A stretch of DNA of 64,000 nucleotides, taken from NCBI RefSeq assembly GCF_001194135.2, contig NC_068994.1, forward strand, positions 19,090,911 to 19,154,910. Direction: 5' to 3'. Shown piece after piece: positions 13,091 to 25,441 of this stretch. The notes below the pieces were generated by a model. The model had not been told where the DNA came from. It did not search any database and saw only the letters and a list, made by a program, of their open reading frames with translations. The stretch is from Octopus bimaculoides. Lineage: Eukaryota. The translations under genes and the position numbers were made by a program. Positions within the stretch are counted from its first letter, which is position 1; each line of letters begins with the position of its first letter.

Positions 13091-13169
<79 letters not shown>

Positions 13170-13510
13170 CATATATACGACGGGCTTCTTTCAGTTTCCG
13201 TTTACCAAATCCACTCACAAGGCTTTGGTCGGCCCGAGGCTATAGTAGAAGACACTTGCGGGTACTTATTCTATCAATCTCTTTTGCCAAACCACCAAAC
13301 TACTAAATTATGGGGATGTAAACAAACCAACACTAGTTTCCAAACAGTTTTCAACCAACATTAGTTATCACACACACATATATAAGATAGGCTTCCGCAC
13401 AGTTTCCATTATCTATCAAACTTACTCACAAGATATTGGTCAGTCCAAGGTGCTGTGCAGTGTGACTGAACCGGAAACTAAAAAAATATTAACCACATAG
13501 CTATGTCAGT
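12790..13510 (-). mobile_element. SINE family B copies (partly duplicated, spans a gap)
   Basis: Family B tail and head in reverse, with a central microsatellite. Confidence 0.75.
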
Positions 13511-14157
13511 GTCTAGAAAAAAAAGAATTTAATATAATACAGAAATGGACTAACATTACAGCCATTGAAGTTATAAAACCTTTGGACTAAGAACAAAAAT
13601 ATAGATTTTCTATTATTATCATTATTATTATTATTACACATGACCAGCACTTAATCACTAAATGTGACAAAAGCAAAATGGCAAACATAGAACACAGAGC
13701 AAATATCATGAGATATTAATTATCCAAGCAACTGGAATCAATACATGATCAGTTCTTAAAGTAATTAAATAAACCTAGACTGAAATTTACCAATAAATGA
13801 GCAGCTCTAGCAACAAAGTAATTCAGATAAATGCAGCCAGACACCATTGTCTCTTGAATAAAAGTTAGTAACAAAATATTTTCAATAAACAAGTTGTAGT
13901 TTAGCCCCAGGTCAATTCTGACTGATCAGACAAGATCAATGATTACAGGCATTCTAGCTGAACATCTCATCTTTTTTTAGGAGTACCTGTATTTTCAGAC
14001 ATGCAAATCAAATTTTTCAAACCAAAATTTACAGCTAAAAAGCAAGGTAGGTCAACTTATACACTAAAACTACTTTGGAGGACCAAAAATTCCAAGTGAA
14101 ATGCAGCAGGATTTGAAATGATAATGATGATGTTTGAATGTTTATACTACATGTTTA

Positions 14158-14555
14158 TACAGTTCTATAATTAAGAGATGAGGAATTATGTACATTATTT
14201 ACATTTGATGGATATTTGCCCTCATCTTGTTTGTTGCTAACACAACGTTTCGGCTGATATACCCTCCAGCCTTCATCAGGTGTCTTGAGCAAATTTTGAA
14301 CCTGGGTTCTCATTCCTAAGGTATTTTTCGATGTTATTGTTGTTGTTGTTGTTAATATTATCATTATTATTATTATTATTATTATTCAGGTCATATGCCC
14401 GTGGGCATATGGCATAGTGGTTAAGAGCGTGGGTTACTAAAATAAATGCAGCTAGACACCATTGTCTCTTGAATAAAAGTTAGTAACAAAATATTTTCAA
14501 TAAACAAGTTGTAGTTTAGCCCCAGGTCAATTCCAAGTTCGATTCCAAGCAGTGA

Positions 14556-14618
<63 letters not shown>

Positions 14619-14672
14619 CAACATTGAAAAATACCTTAGGACAAATATCCATCAAATGTAAATAATGTACAT
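14158..14672. mobile_element. Head-to-head inverted dimer of a tRNA-headed, (AAT)n-containing, hammerhead-bearing retroelement
   Basis: The left arm (minus, 14158-14392) and right arm (plus, 14403-14672) share tgacctgaa(taa)n..gaaaaataccttagg..caaatatccatcaaatgtaaataatgtacat. A box TGGCATAGTGG at 14410-14420 and B box AGTTCGATTCC at 14536-14546. Confidence 0.7.
14239..14284 (-). ncRNA. Minimal type I hammerhead ribozyme (Penelope-like-element type)
   Basis: Minus strand reads GACAC-CUGAUGA-A-GGCUG-gagggtatat-CAGCC-GAAA-CG-UU-GUGUU. This gives stem I GACAC/GUGUU, an intact core, a 5-bp stem II and a palindromic loopless stem III (ACGU). Confidence 0.7.
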
Positions 14673-15749
14673 GTTTACACTAGATACAATGCTGGCGTGT
14701 AAGTTGGGAAATATGGTATGTATGAACACATTATTCAGTGTATCTTTTGCTTGTCTAAGACAGAAGGGTGTGATCTGAGGAAGATTTGGTTGCCAATTTT
14801 AGCAAGTGTAGCGGCACTGACAATGGCTTGCAAATAACAAGTGGTGTTTAAATGTCAAGTGCTAATAGTCCCTTGTCATGTGAATCAGTCCAACAGACAG
14901 ACACACACGTGCACACACATATACTGGCCATCTGCTAGAAAACTAACAAAATGATAAGATTAAATGGAGTTTTATATGCCATAAATGTTGTGTTCTGTAA
15001 GGTCATCAGCAAATGTTAAAAAAAACTATCTCTGAACAATGACAACACCAACAACAACAGCCACTGCAACCGCCACCACCACTACCACCACCAAAACCAT
15101 TTTTAGATTATCTTCAATTTTGTAATCAGCTTCAAGATAAGTGTTCACTTAAATTCACAACAATCTGCAAACTTTGCTACAGTGATGGTATACATTCTGC
15201 TTACACTGCTAACATCAGGTGTTTCCTCACTTCTAACCACAAAATGAACCGCCCTCAGAAAATGCTAGCATTATTTCACTATTTACAATCCATTACAAAT
15301 GTCCATCCTTCTTAGTGTAACCAATAACTAAAAAGAAAAGCAAAAGTTAAGGATTCTGACACTAAAGTAGAGTACAGCAATATTAACGTCTCAATTATAA
15401 TCCTAATTTCTAAGAGTTTCTTTTGATATTTACTGCTAGTATATTAAACAAGAAAAGGAGGTTTGCTGCCTGCATAAATTATCTGACCCACACTAAAGGG
15501 TATAGATTTCATTATATATATATCCCCAAAAAACTGTGCTACCTACCATTAACAAATAATTAAAGAATGATCAGATGTCAGGAATTGTGAAATTGTTTTT
15601 AAGTTGAAACTATAGTAATACAATGTTAAAAGTTCACTGAATGGAAGATATGTTGGTATTTTGGTTAGATTGTTGGAACCTCAGCATAGGAAACTGGTAC
15701 AAAAGTAGGGAGGTAAAACCCATGCTAACATAAAGTTATTTGCAGATAT

Positions 15750-15903
15750 TTGCATAGCTGTTTGCTAAGAAGTCTGCTTCCCAATCATATGGTTTCTGGT
15801 TCAATCCCACTGCATGTCACCTTGACCAAATGTCTTGTACTACAGACCCAGGTGTACAAAAGCCTTCTGAATGGATCTGGTAGACAGGCACTAAAAGAAT
15901 TCC

Positions 15904-15944
<41 letters not shown>

Positions 15945-16095
15945 ACCGCTTGACAACAGGTGTTGGTTTGTTTATGTCCTCATAACCTAGCGGTTCAGCA
16001 AAAGAGACCAAGAGAATAAGTAGTAGACAGGGGCTAATTTCTTCAACTAAAACCCTTGAAGATGATGTCCCAGCATGGCTGCAGTCAAGGTAAAA
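15750..16095 (+). mobile_element. SINE family B copy
   Basis: Head, central (TG)n and tail ccagcatggctgcagtc. Confidence 0.78.
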
Positions 16096-16529
16096 GAAAG
16101 TTAATAGTAGTAGGGTGACAAAATCAACAGAATTCCAAACAAAATACCTTGGATTTAAATCCCACCAAGGTTAATTTAGATCTTCATCCATCTAAAATCA
16201 ATAAACAAATACATACCATTAACCCTTTAGCATTTAAGCTAGACATATCTACCCCAAGTATTCTACTTGTTTTAAGTTCAAATCAGCCAGATCCAGCCTC
16301 TCACACCTATCCTACAATGTTGTTCTTAAAATGTGCAATCACATCATCAAAATCTCGGGCAAATGCATGATTAATTAAAAGCAGTGTGATTAAATAAGTA
16401 TTACATTTGATAAGTTAATCTGAATACTAAAGGGTTAATGCACTAGGGTTGGGTGAAGTGATTACATTCCCAGCCACTCCCCACAAAAATATGTAGACTG
16501 TTTACATTAGAAATCAATATTAGATCCTT

Positions 16530-16750
16530 TCTTAAGGTGACGAGCTGGCAGAATCGTTAGCATGCCAGGCAAAATGCTTAGCAGCATTTCATTCACCTTT
16601 ACATTCTGTGGTCAAATGCCACCAAGGTCGACTTTGCCATTCATTCAATCAGGATCAATAGTATAAGTACCAGTTGAGTACTGGGGTCAATGTAATTGAT
16701 TTAAACCCTCTCCCAAAATTGCTGGTCATGTGCCAAAATTTGAAACCAGT
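16530..16750 (+). mobile_element. SINE family A copy
   Basis: gagctggcagaatcgttagc...gtcgactttgcc...gtaccagttgagtactggggtc. Confidence 0.8.
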
Positions 16751-17117
16751 ATTAGAGTCTTTCTTGAGAATTGTATTTAAAGGCAACTAAGATTAAACCA
16801 GATATGTTTCAAAATCCAACCCTGAGTGAGCAGACTAATAATTAAAAGCATTCCAGCCACAAATATCGATCTTTGTTTTAAATATCTGTGACCACAACAT
16901 CCAGTATTTTTTCCGTATGACATCAGATAGCAATTTAGTTAATATTTCTACCTGATCAGGTGTCCATATAGAGATTCCTCTGCTGGTTCATCACATAATT
17001 GTTTTCAGGTTGGGTCATGTGAAAACTTGAAAAGTGTATTCAATAAAACTTACCCAGTGATTCATCACGGCTCCATCAGGTAGAGTGATACAAATACAGA
17101 AAATAAACAAGTAAACA

Positions 17118-17480
17118 ATCACATGGTTCCAGGTTCAGTCCCACTGCATGGAACCTTGGACAAATGTCATCTACTATAGCCTTGAGCCAACCAAAACCTT
17201 GTGAGTAGGTTTGCTAGACAGAAACTGAAAGAAGCCCATTATATATATAGTTATATCTATGAGAGTGTGTGTGTGTGTCTTTGTGTCTGTGTTTGTCCAT
17301 CACCACTACTTGACTGGTGTTGTGTTTATGTCCCCATAACTTAGAGGTTCAGTAAAAGAGACCAATAGAATAAGTAACAGGCTTAAAAACTCAAGTACTG
17401 AGGTTGATACATTTGACTAAAATTCCTCAAAGCAGTGCCCAGCATGGCCACAGTCTAATGATTGAAACAAGTAAAAGGCA
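17118..17480 (+). mobile_element. SINE family B copy
   Basis: ggttcagtcccactgc...gaaactgaaagaagccc..(TA/TG)..gaaacaagtaaaag. Confidence 0.8.
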
Positions 17481-19577
17481 CAGGTATGGAGCTCATCCCA
17501 GGAAATATAATCCAATCATTAAAAAAAAAAAATGAAATAAGAGATGAATGAAAATCATAATATTCCTTACCTAGAGATAGTTATGGATTTGCAGGAGTGG
17601 TACAGCATCAGATGAGAAAATACTTTGGGACATGTAGTCATGTACCGTTATGTTCTGAGTTCAAATTTTGTCAGGTCAACTTTGCTTTCATCACATCAGG
17701 GTCAATAAAAAAGTACCAGTTGAGTACTAGAACTGATATAATCCACAATTCCCTCCCTAAAATGTGGAGCTGTGAGGAACCATCTTTGCCTTGAGAAATA
17801 ACAAAATGGCTGTAGTGCGAATTGAAGCCCCTTATCAATACATAATCCTTCTAAGTAATTGATTTTTTTCCCTCTTCTTTTACACGACATGGAAGCATGA
17901 TAATCACATTGTAAACAGACTGTACATATAACATTGTACTGGAAAATCAATAACCAACTCATGTCAAACAGCTTGGTATAATTTATAATGCCTGTCTTTA
18001 ATTACTAATAATTCATATTCTATCATTCATATTCTACCATTCAAATTCTTTAGGAAGGTTTCATCTATTCCTTTCTGCATTATTTTGATGGACACTTTAT
18101 AAGTGTAATGGGTGCATTAGGACAGCATCCAATTAAAGCAAGTAAATTTTTATCATTTATTCTCCATGCATCCTAGACACCTCACACAATTACATACACT
18201 GTTTCGTGTTCTCCAATAAGGATATGCCAAGCTGGTCTTTATCAACGTGCAAAGTCACAATCGCTGCACACAGTCTTGCATTACACTTTGAACAACATAC
18301 AACTAAACTCTTCTAAGTCACTGTAATTGCTAAGTTTCATATTCTTTGATGACTTTCATGATGATTTCATGCATTCCAAAGGTTTTCTTTCAGAGCTCTC
18401 AAAAATATTTCCCTCCTGCTCAGGTCTTAACCCTCTACAATGCTTAAGGACAACTCGTATTAGATTACTGTGCACATATTTGGAAGAATGCTACTGTCAC
18501 ACACACACAAGCATTTCAGACTGGATAACAAAAAGGACCATCTACTTGATTGGCAAAGACACACTCAACTACAATGACTGGCTCATAGATATGTTGTTCT
18601 TTCTCTCTGTTCCTTCAACCACAACTACAACAACCTCTGTTTCTCAGGATTTGTAAACTGCATGCTACACCTGTCACATGTTCCTGCCTCTCTACCTCTT
18701 GTAACATTACTGCGTTTCACTTTACTCCAGATTCCACACAAAACACTTTGTTCAATTTTTCCGTTTCATAATTACAATCTTGTAGAATTCTCTTCCTATA
18801 TTTGTTGCTTAATCATTATGAAACAGACTTATCATCAAAGGAGATTCAGCTGCAAATACCAAAACTTCCTATCAGGCATGATGCATCAAGAGCTACATTA
18901 TTCAGTGTGTCCTTTGCTGGCTCCATTTTCCTATAGGCAACAATTTACATCGGCAATATTGGTTCTCATCAATCTGAGAGGACCCATATAGGCTACAATC
19001 ACAGCCCATCCTTAGATGACTAATCTGAAAAATAATTGTGTGTCAATAACAGATGAGCATAACCTAACTGGCAAGCACACACGTATCCTGTACCAAATTA
19101 TCTTCAGAAATGTTACCAGTGTGTTGAAAATACCAAAAAAAAAAAAAAAAAAGATATACAATTATGGATTCTGTGAATGATGTTCTGTCAACATAACTGA
19201 CAAAATAATTGAGACATTGTTTAAACACTAATGATTAGCAGCTAATCGACAGAGTCTAATGAACAAATAATACATTATGAGGCATAGGAATACACACACA
19301 CACACACACGCACACACACACACATGCATGCACACAAACACAAACATAGAAATGTATAAAATATACATACACATATTTATATACAGCTTGAATATAAATT
19401 TATACAGATAAAGGTATGTATACAAACAAGCCCAAACTTATGCATTATCTTTAAAATGTATTACACATACATTTACATATAAAAACACATTCATATGAAT
19501 AGATATATATATATATATAAAATACAGACACACACATGTATATAGTATATGTGTGTGTGAGTTTATATTTGTCCAAC

Positions 19578-20576
19578 ATGGCAGTAAAGATATCTTATAT
19601 CTTTATATTTCTCTCCTTAATCTCTTTACTATTTATGATGTATTACAAAACAGATATAAAAAATACAAACATTTTCAAAATTGGACATATCAAAGAAAGA
19701 GGAAATTGCTTCAAAATCCTTCTAGATGGAGAACTTATTGTGAAAGAATGTTACATGGACAGAGCTAATAATACTGTATTCAAAATTCTACAGGAAAGTG
19801 GATTAACAATCAATTTGAGAAAAGCTCATCTTGGCTCATTCAAGCCATTTGATCTCACACCTAAAAGTAATAATATTATACAGACTTTTACCCATTATCT
19901 TCCCTATTCAGAAAAAGTAGTTTTCCTTTATGTTTTCCAAAATTTCATAGATATCTGTTCACAAAATAATATAACATTTTTTATGAAAAGCGGAACTCTT
20001 CTTGGCTCTTATCGCCATCATGGACTTATACCTTGGGATGATGACATAGACATTTATGTCAAGCATTCTCACAAAAACATCCTAATTAATAGTGTAAAAA
20101 AGCAAAAGGACTTTTATCTATTCACCCCAGCAAATTTTCAGTGGAAATATTATCATAAAAAACTTTCAGTGCCTATTCGCATGAATATTCCATTCAAGTG
20201 GCCATACCTTGATATATTCTTTTGGCACACAGATGAAAAGTCTTTCTATGATGCTACAAGATCCACAAAAGTGACAATATCAAAACGTGGATGGATATTT
20301 CCTCTTACAAAAAGACCATTCGAAGGTGCCTTAATAAACAGCCCAAGAGAAACAGTCAAATACTTGAAGATTGAATATGATGTGAATAAGTGTTGCCAGA
20401 ATTCCTACTCACATAGGTATGAACGTTTATCAAGATGGAATATTTGTGTTCAGTGCTCAAAACTCTGGGAAAATATACCATACGTGCAACATGAAAATCT
20501 TTCAAATTGTACAACATCTGAGAAGCTAATATATAAAAATAGCACCATCAGTTTATTTAATGACACAATCTGTTGA
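19578..20576 (+). CDS. LicD/fukutin-FKRP family nucleotidyltransferase-fold phosphotransferase, type II membrane, single coding exon (332 aa)
   Basis: Open frame from caacATGG (MAVKISYIFIFLSLISLLFMMYY, a signal anchor). Carries the LicD signature GTLLGSYRHHGLIPWDDDIDI (19992-20054), WPYLDIF and RPFEG, plus a C-terminal Cys cluster. The upstream ATG at 19536 lies in microsatellite. Confidence 0.92.
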   Translation: MAVKISYIFIFLSLISLLFMMYYKTDIKNTNIFKIGHIKERGNCFKILLDGELIVKECYMDRANNTVFKILQESGLTINLRKAHLGSFKPFDLTPKSNNIIQTFTHYLPYSEKVVFLYVFQNFIDICSQNNITFFMKSGTLLGSYRHHGLIPWDDDIDIYVKHSHKNILINSVKKQKDFYLFTPANFQWKYYHKKLSVPIRMNIPFKWPYLDIFFWHTDEKSFYDATRSTKVTISKRGWIFPLTKRPFEGALINSPRETVKYLKIEYDVNKCCQNSYSHRYERLSRWNICVQCSKLWENIPYVQHENLSNCTTSEKLIYKNSTISLFNDTIC

Positions 20577-20665
20577 CAATACAGTCAAGAATCTTAAAAG
20601 GTATGTAACTGTTCCATTTCAAAATATAGCTTTCTTCAAATTGCATTCACACTTAATACATAACA

Positions 20666-20688
20666 AATAAAACATAGAGAAGAATAAA
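20666..20688 (+). terminator. Candidate polyadenylation signals of the LicD-family gene
   Basis: Two AATAAA hexamers (20666, 20683) about 90-110 nt after the stop. Common by chance in AT-rich DNA. Confidence 0.4.
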
Positions 20689-22879
20689 TCCTATTTCATA
20701 TTTTCATACATGTTAAGATCAATTTACTCTTACATAGGAATAATCTAAGTCTTCTTTCTGTAAGTGTAACTATTATTATTGTTTAACTCCGTGTCAATCT
20801 AATGCAGTAGACTTATCATCAAAGAACTTCCAGCCTTGATCATTCTATCTTTCTGTGTGTCTAGGAGAACAGTGACCAATAAGTCCTTCCTTTCTTTTAA
20901 GATAATTGAATGACTACATACAGGCTTCCTTCATAGTGAGTGTATATGTTCATGTTTGCATGTTTCTTTAAAAGTTGTTGAATAATCTCAAGTGGTCCCT
21001 GACTGAGCATCATGTATATCTAGGCCTTAGGATCCCACATATCTCAAGATTTATTCTTAAAGAGTCATGCACCTAGTTCTACATTCTCTAATGTTTCTTT
21101 TGCTTTAAGGCAGTAGAGTGTGATTTAACAGAAGATTTGCTCTAATTTATAGTAATCACATTAAGGCTTTTATCATTTTTGTTTTTGTTTAAAAGTTGAA
21201 TGAAGTGTATAATGTATTGAACTATAAGCTCATGTACTATGAATTCATATCAGCCACAGGGTTTCAGTTGGATTTCTGCCTATGTTCCAAATATTTACAA
21301 GGAATATGTCTCGTAGCATCTACGAATGTTACCTGTGATAGTTACCTATTCATCACCCTTCGATTAACATTGGATTTATAAGTTCACAAGTTCACTATAA
21401 CTTTCAAAAATTATCGCTCATTATAATTTATCGTGTGTGTGTGTGTGTGTGTGTGTGTGTACAGGCTTAAGTATACTGGCATGTGTACGTTTGAAAGATA
21501 TAAAAGAAGTTAACACCTACTAACTGCAGAGGTACATTTAACTGGGACCATTGTGCTGTGCCCTTCTGCAAGGGATATAACATTGCTTGCCTTCACCTCC
21601 ATTCTGATAAGTGGTTGTGACTGTGTAACCCCATGTCAAACTTGACCAAGCAGTCTTATGACATGAAGATAGTCGACTGAAGAACTTCAGCTATAAGTTT
21701 GTTTTCCCTTAACTAATGACTCCTGATAGTATTATGTAACCCCAGACCACCCGTAATCAAACAGTCATATGCTATATCAGTGGCTAACTAACTAATTGTG
21801 AGTAACTGCTGCTCCCTGGTTAATGGCTGTTATTCTGTTGCCACAGGTCAACACAAACATACACACACACACACACAAGAATCATAACACTTTCCACAAA
21901 CATGGCTAGCTAAAAAAACTAAGAGTGGTCTACAGATCTGCTGTTCTCTGACTAAGGATGCACAATCAACAGAGGCATGTGAAAAAATATCCCAAAATGA
22001 AATAAAAATATTGGAAAATTGTTATATGTTTGTTTATTTACCCTAGCTAATGGAAACAAACAACGGAGTTACCTTTGTTCAAGAGTATTAGCAATAGGCC
22101 TATTACTACTATTTTAATATTTTGAAAATGACAGAAACAACTGTGAAAACTATCCACTTTATTACATTGGGTCTCTCTCCTCAGTTTTTACCATTTGCAT
22201 AAAGCCAATCCTACTAAAAGCCTGTGTTCCTACATCTATCATCAGTAGTCTCATGCACTTAGGAACTTTAGTGAGAGCAATGTTGTTGCTCTTCATATGC
22301 GAAAAGTAAAGCCTTTGACTGTGTCTGGTACCAAGATTTCTATGTAAAGTTGTCTGCTTGACAACTTGATGCTGGTTTGTTTATATCCCCATAACTTAGT
22401 GGTTTGGTAAAAAGAGATTTGTTCAATTAAACTCTTAAAGGTGGTGCCCCAGCATGGCTACAGTCCACTGACTGAAACAAGTAAAAGATTAAAGACAAAG
22501 CTGAAACATAAAACTTAAAATTTCTGCAATACAACACCGATAATATTAATACAACCTTATTAGAACTAAAAGATTTTATCATCATTTACAACATTCACAC
22601 TGCAATTATTGAGAAAGCATTCTTACTACTACAACATCTGTCATTCCAAATTATACTCAATTCAAACTGGACAGGCATTTTCATAGTGCATGTGATCTTA
22701 TAACATAAAAACTTGCATATTCTGTATGGATAGGACAAAAGACCTCTATAAACTAATAGGAACTGACACTACACTAGAAATGCTGGCTTTCAAAAGTAAA
22801 CTAACCAGCAACAGGAAGCATATTAATTCTAATATTAAACTTTGGTCTTAACCAAGAGGCCAAGAAGCAATTTTATATA

Positions 22880-24110
22880 TATCATCACCATCATCATCAT
22901 CGTTTAACGTCCGTTTTCCATGCTGGCATGGGTTGGACGGTTCGACTGGGGTCTGGGAAGCCAGGTGGCCACACCAGGCCCCAATCTGATCTGGCAGTGT
23001 TTCTACAGCTGGATGCCCTTCCTAACGCCAACCACTCAGAGAGTGTAGTGGGTGCTTTTTATGTGCCACCAGTACAAGGGTTAGAGGAGCTGGCATCGAC
23101 CATGATCAGATGATGCTTTTTATGTGCCACCAGCATGGAAGCCAGTCAAAGCAGCACTGGCATCGGCCATATTCGGATGGTGCTTTTTACGTGCTACCGA
23201 CATGGGCTTCACAACTACAATTCCCATTTGATTTGATTTTGATATTGCTGATGTTGATGTACTTGACTCAGTAGGTCTCCTCAAGCACGGCATGTCACGC
23301 TACGATCCAAGGTACTTTTGAGTGGGCTGGTTATGCAACATTGATGTAGGTTACAGCTGTGGACTCACTTTATTTGCTGGGTTTTCTCAGTCACAGCATA
23401 ACTCCAGAGGTCTCGGTCTTCTGTCATTGCCTCTGTGAGGCCCAACATTTGAAGGTCATACTTCATCACCTCATCCCATGTCTTCCTGAGTCTCCCTCTA
23501 CCCTGGATTCCTTCCACTGTTTGAGAATGGCACTTCTTCACACAGCTCTCCTCGTCCATCCGCAGTACATGACCATACCAACGCAAACGTCTCTCTTGCA
23601 TGCCACATCCAATACTTCTTATGTCCAACATTTCTCTCAGGGCACTTACACTCTGTCATGTGTACACACTGACATTACACATCCAGCGGATCCTGCTAGC
23701 TTCATTTCTTTCGACCCTATGCATATCTTCAGCAGTCATGGCCCATGTTTCACTGCCGTGAAGTATGGAAGTTTGCACACATGCATTATACAATTTACCT
23801 TTCACTCTGAGCGAGAGACCCTTTGTCACCAATAGAGGTAGAAGCTTTCTGAACTTTGCCCAGGCTATTCTTATTCTAGTGGTAACACTTTCTAAGCATC
23901 CACCCCCACTACAGACTTGGTCACCTAGGAAGCAGAAGCTATCAACTACTTCTAGTTTCTCCCGCTGGAGTGTGATGGAATTTGTTTTCTGAGCATCTGT
24001 GGTGTTTATTGCCCCTGTGCATCTGCTGCACGTGAAAGCTATCTTCCCAGTTAATCTTTCTTTGAAGTTGCTGCAAGCTACTTACCACACAACCACTCCT
24101 ACGCCTGTAA
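22880..24110 (-). mobile_element. 5'-truncated RTE LINE with its 3' UTR and (GAT)n tail
   Basis: RT C-terminus (ERRLRWYGHVLRM, GRGRLRKTWDEV, DRDLW) runs continuously into the 3' UTR, which ends ggacgttaaacgatgatgatg. Confidence 0.9.
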
Positions 24111-25410
24111 ATATTTATCATCGTAACTGAAATAACCATAAAATTTAATTTAGCAGTTAAGGGGGTGAAATAACTAGATGATTAAAACACGACGGATTGA
24201 GTTTGACTGAGAAAAGTATCAAAGTTTTCAGGATTTAAAAAATACCACCATCCTCAACACGGACACTTCAGTAAATACATTTAAACTTATATATTGTCTG
24301 AATGAATGTTTGTATTTAAATAGAAATTGAACTACAATTCAAGTGATATTTATTAAGTACTTATAACAGATATTTACCAAACAACACTGGAAGAATCTAA
24401 CAACAGTTTTAAAAAAATGAGTGAAAGTTATGTAATTTTAAAATTTATTTATAAAAGTGAACAATTCTTTCAGTGGGAAATAAAAGAGATGCTAATTGTA
24501 ATCTAATTCGACAAAATTAAATCAAATATTTGCAGCTAGATTCTAGAAAAGGATAGGAGTGAGGTGAGATGATGTGACATTTAAATAACATAAATGAAGC
24601 GAAATCAATAGAACTGGGATTGGAAGCCGTATCGCAATAATAATAGTGGTGATGATTTCTAATATAAAATACGAGTTTCGTATTTGTTAGGCATTATAAA
24701 TCATATCGTATGATTTATAAAAGCAAGTCTAGAGCATTCTGTGTACGTAAATACTTTTGTCAGTGAACGGATTAGTATCAGAATCAAAAGTATTGCAGGG
24801 ATATTTGAGAGCGCGCGTGCACGTGTATCCCAACAGAGTGAATCATCAACTAGCACCAACTGATATAAAATATGTATACTTATTTAATGTTATGTACCTT
24901 GATAAATTTTTTGTCAGTTTGTGCAACGAGTGTGCGTATTCGTCTATATATTTGTGTGCGTGTCTGCGTGTATACACTCCCATATTTACAACTATGTATA
25001 GATATTTTCATACATTTATGTACACACATACATACATATGCAAGCATACATAATACATACATACACACACATGTATGCATGCATACATACATGCATGCAT
25101 GAATGTGTCTGCGAGAAATTATCTATCTAGGTGTCTTCTGTGTTAAAAACAAAGACCGGTAAGAGAAGACTAGCTTCTTTTGACAAACTAACGATAAGCT
25201 TGGATAGTTGCAGTGTTTTTGAAAGTTTTTTTCATTTATTTTCCATCCTTCACTACTAATATTCAATAATCGTAAATGAGATCATTAAAAAAAATATTAA
25301 AAAAACCCTCGACTACCTCAAATTATATTTGCAAGAATATATATACATGTGGGTGCGCGCATGTATATATTACATACATATATATATACAAATCTACACA
25401 TACACACATG

Positions 25411-25441
<31 letters not shown>

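Noticed and set aside
12982-13348. Identical 87-bp direct duplication (12982-13068 and 13262-13348)
   Set aside because: The first copy ends exactly at a 10-N gap, so a scaffolding artefact is the simplest explanation.
14403-14550. tRNA gene (also the heads of SINE families A and B and 44419-44741)
   Set aside because: A/B boxes are present, but there is no complete cloverleaf and the heads run into repeat bodies. They are SINE heads.
15280-15335. Acceptor-like ctttttag followed by LLVTLRRMDICNGL*
   Set aside because: Only 14 codons, no family resemblance, and it would terminate the gene before the stronger exon at 7283-7444.
17050-17110. Donor-like CACTGG|gtaagt with frame ITLPDGAVMNHW
   Set aside because: No suitably placed AG acceptor upstream.
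19578-20576. Horizontal transfer or retrocopy origin of the intronless LicD gene
   Set aside because: A single coding exon is normal for FKRP-type genes, the signal anchor is eukaryotic in style, and no poly(A) remnant or TSD is seen. A phylogeny is required before claiming this.
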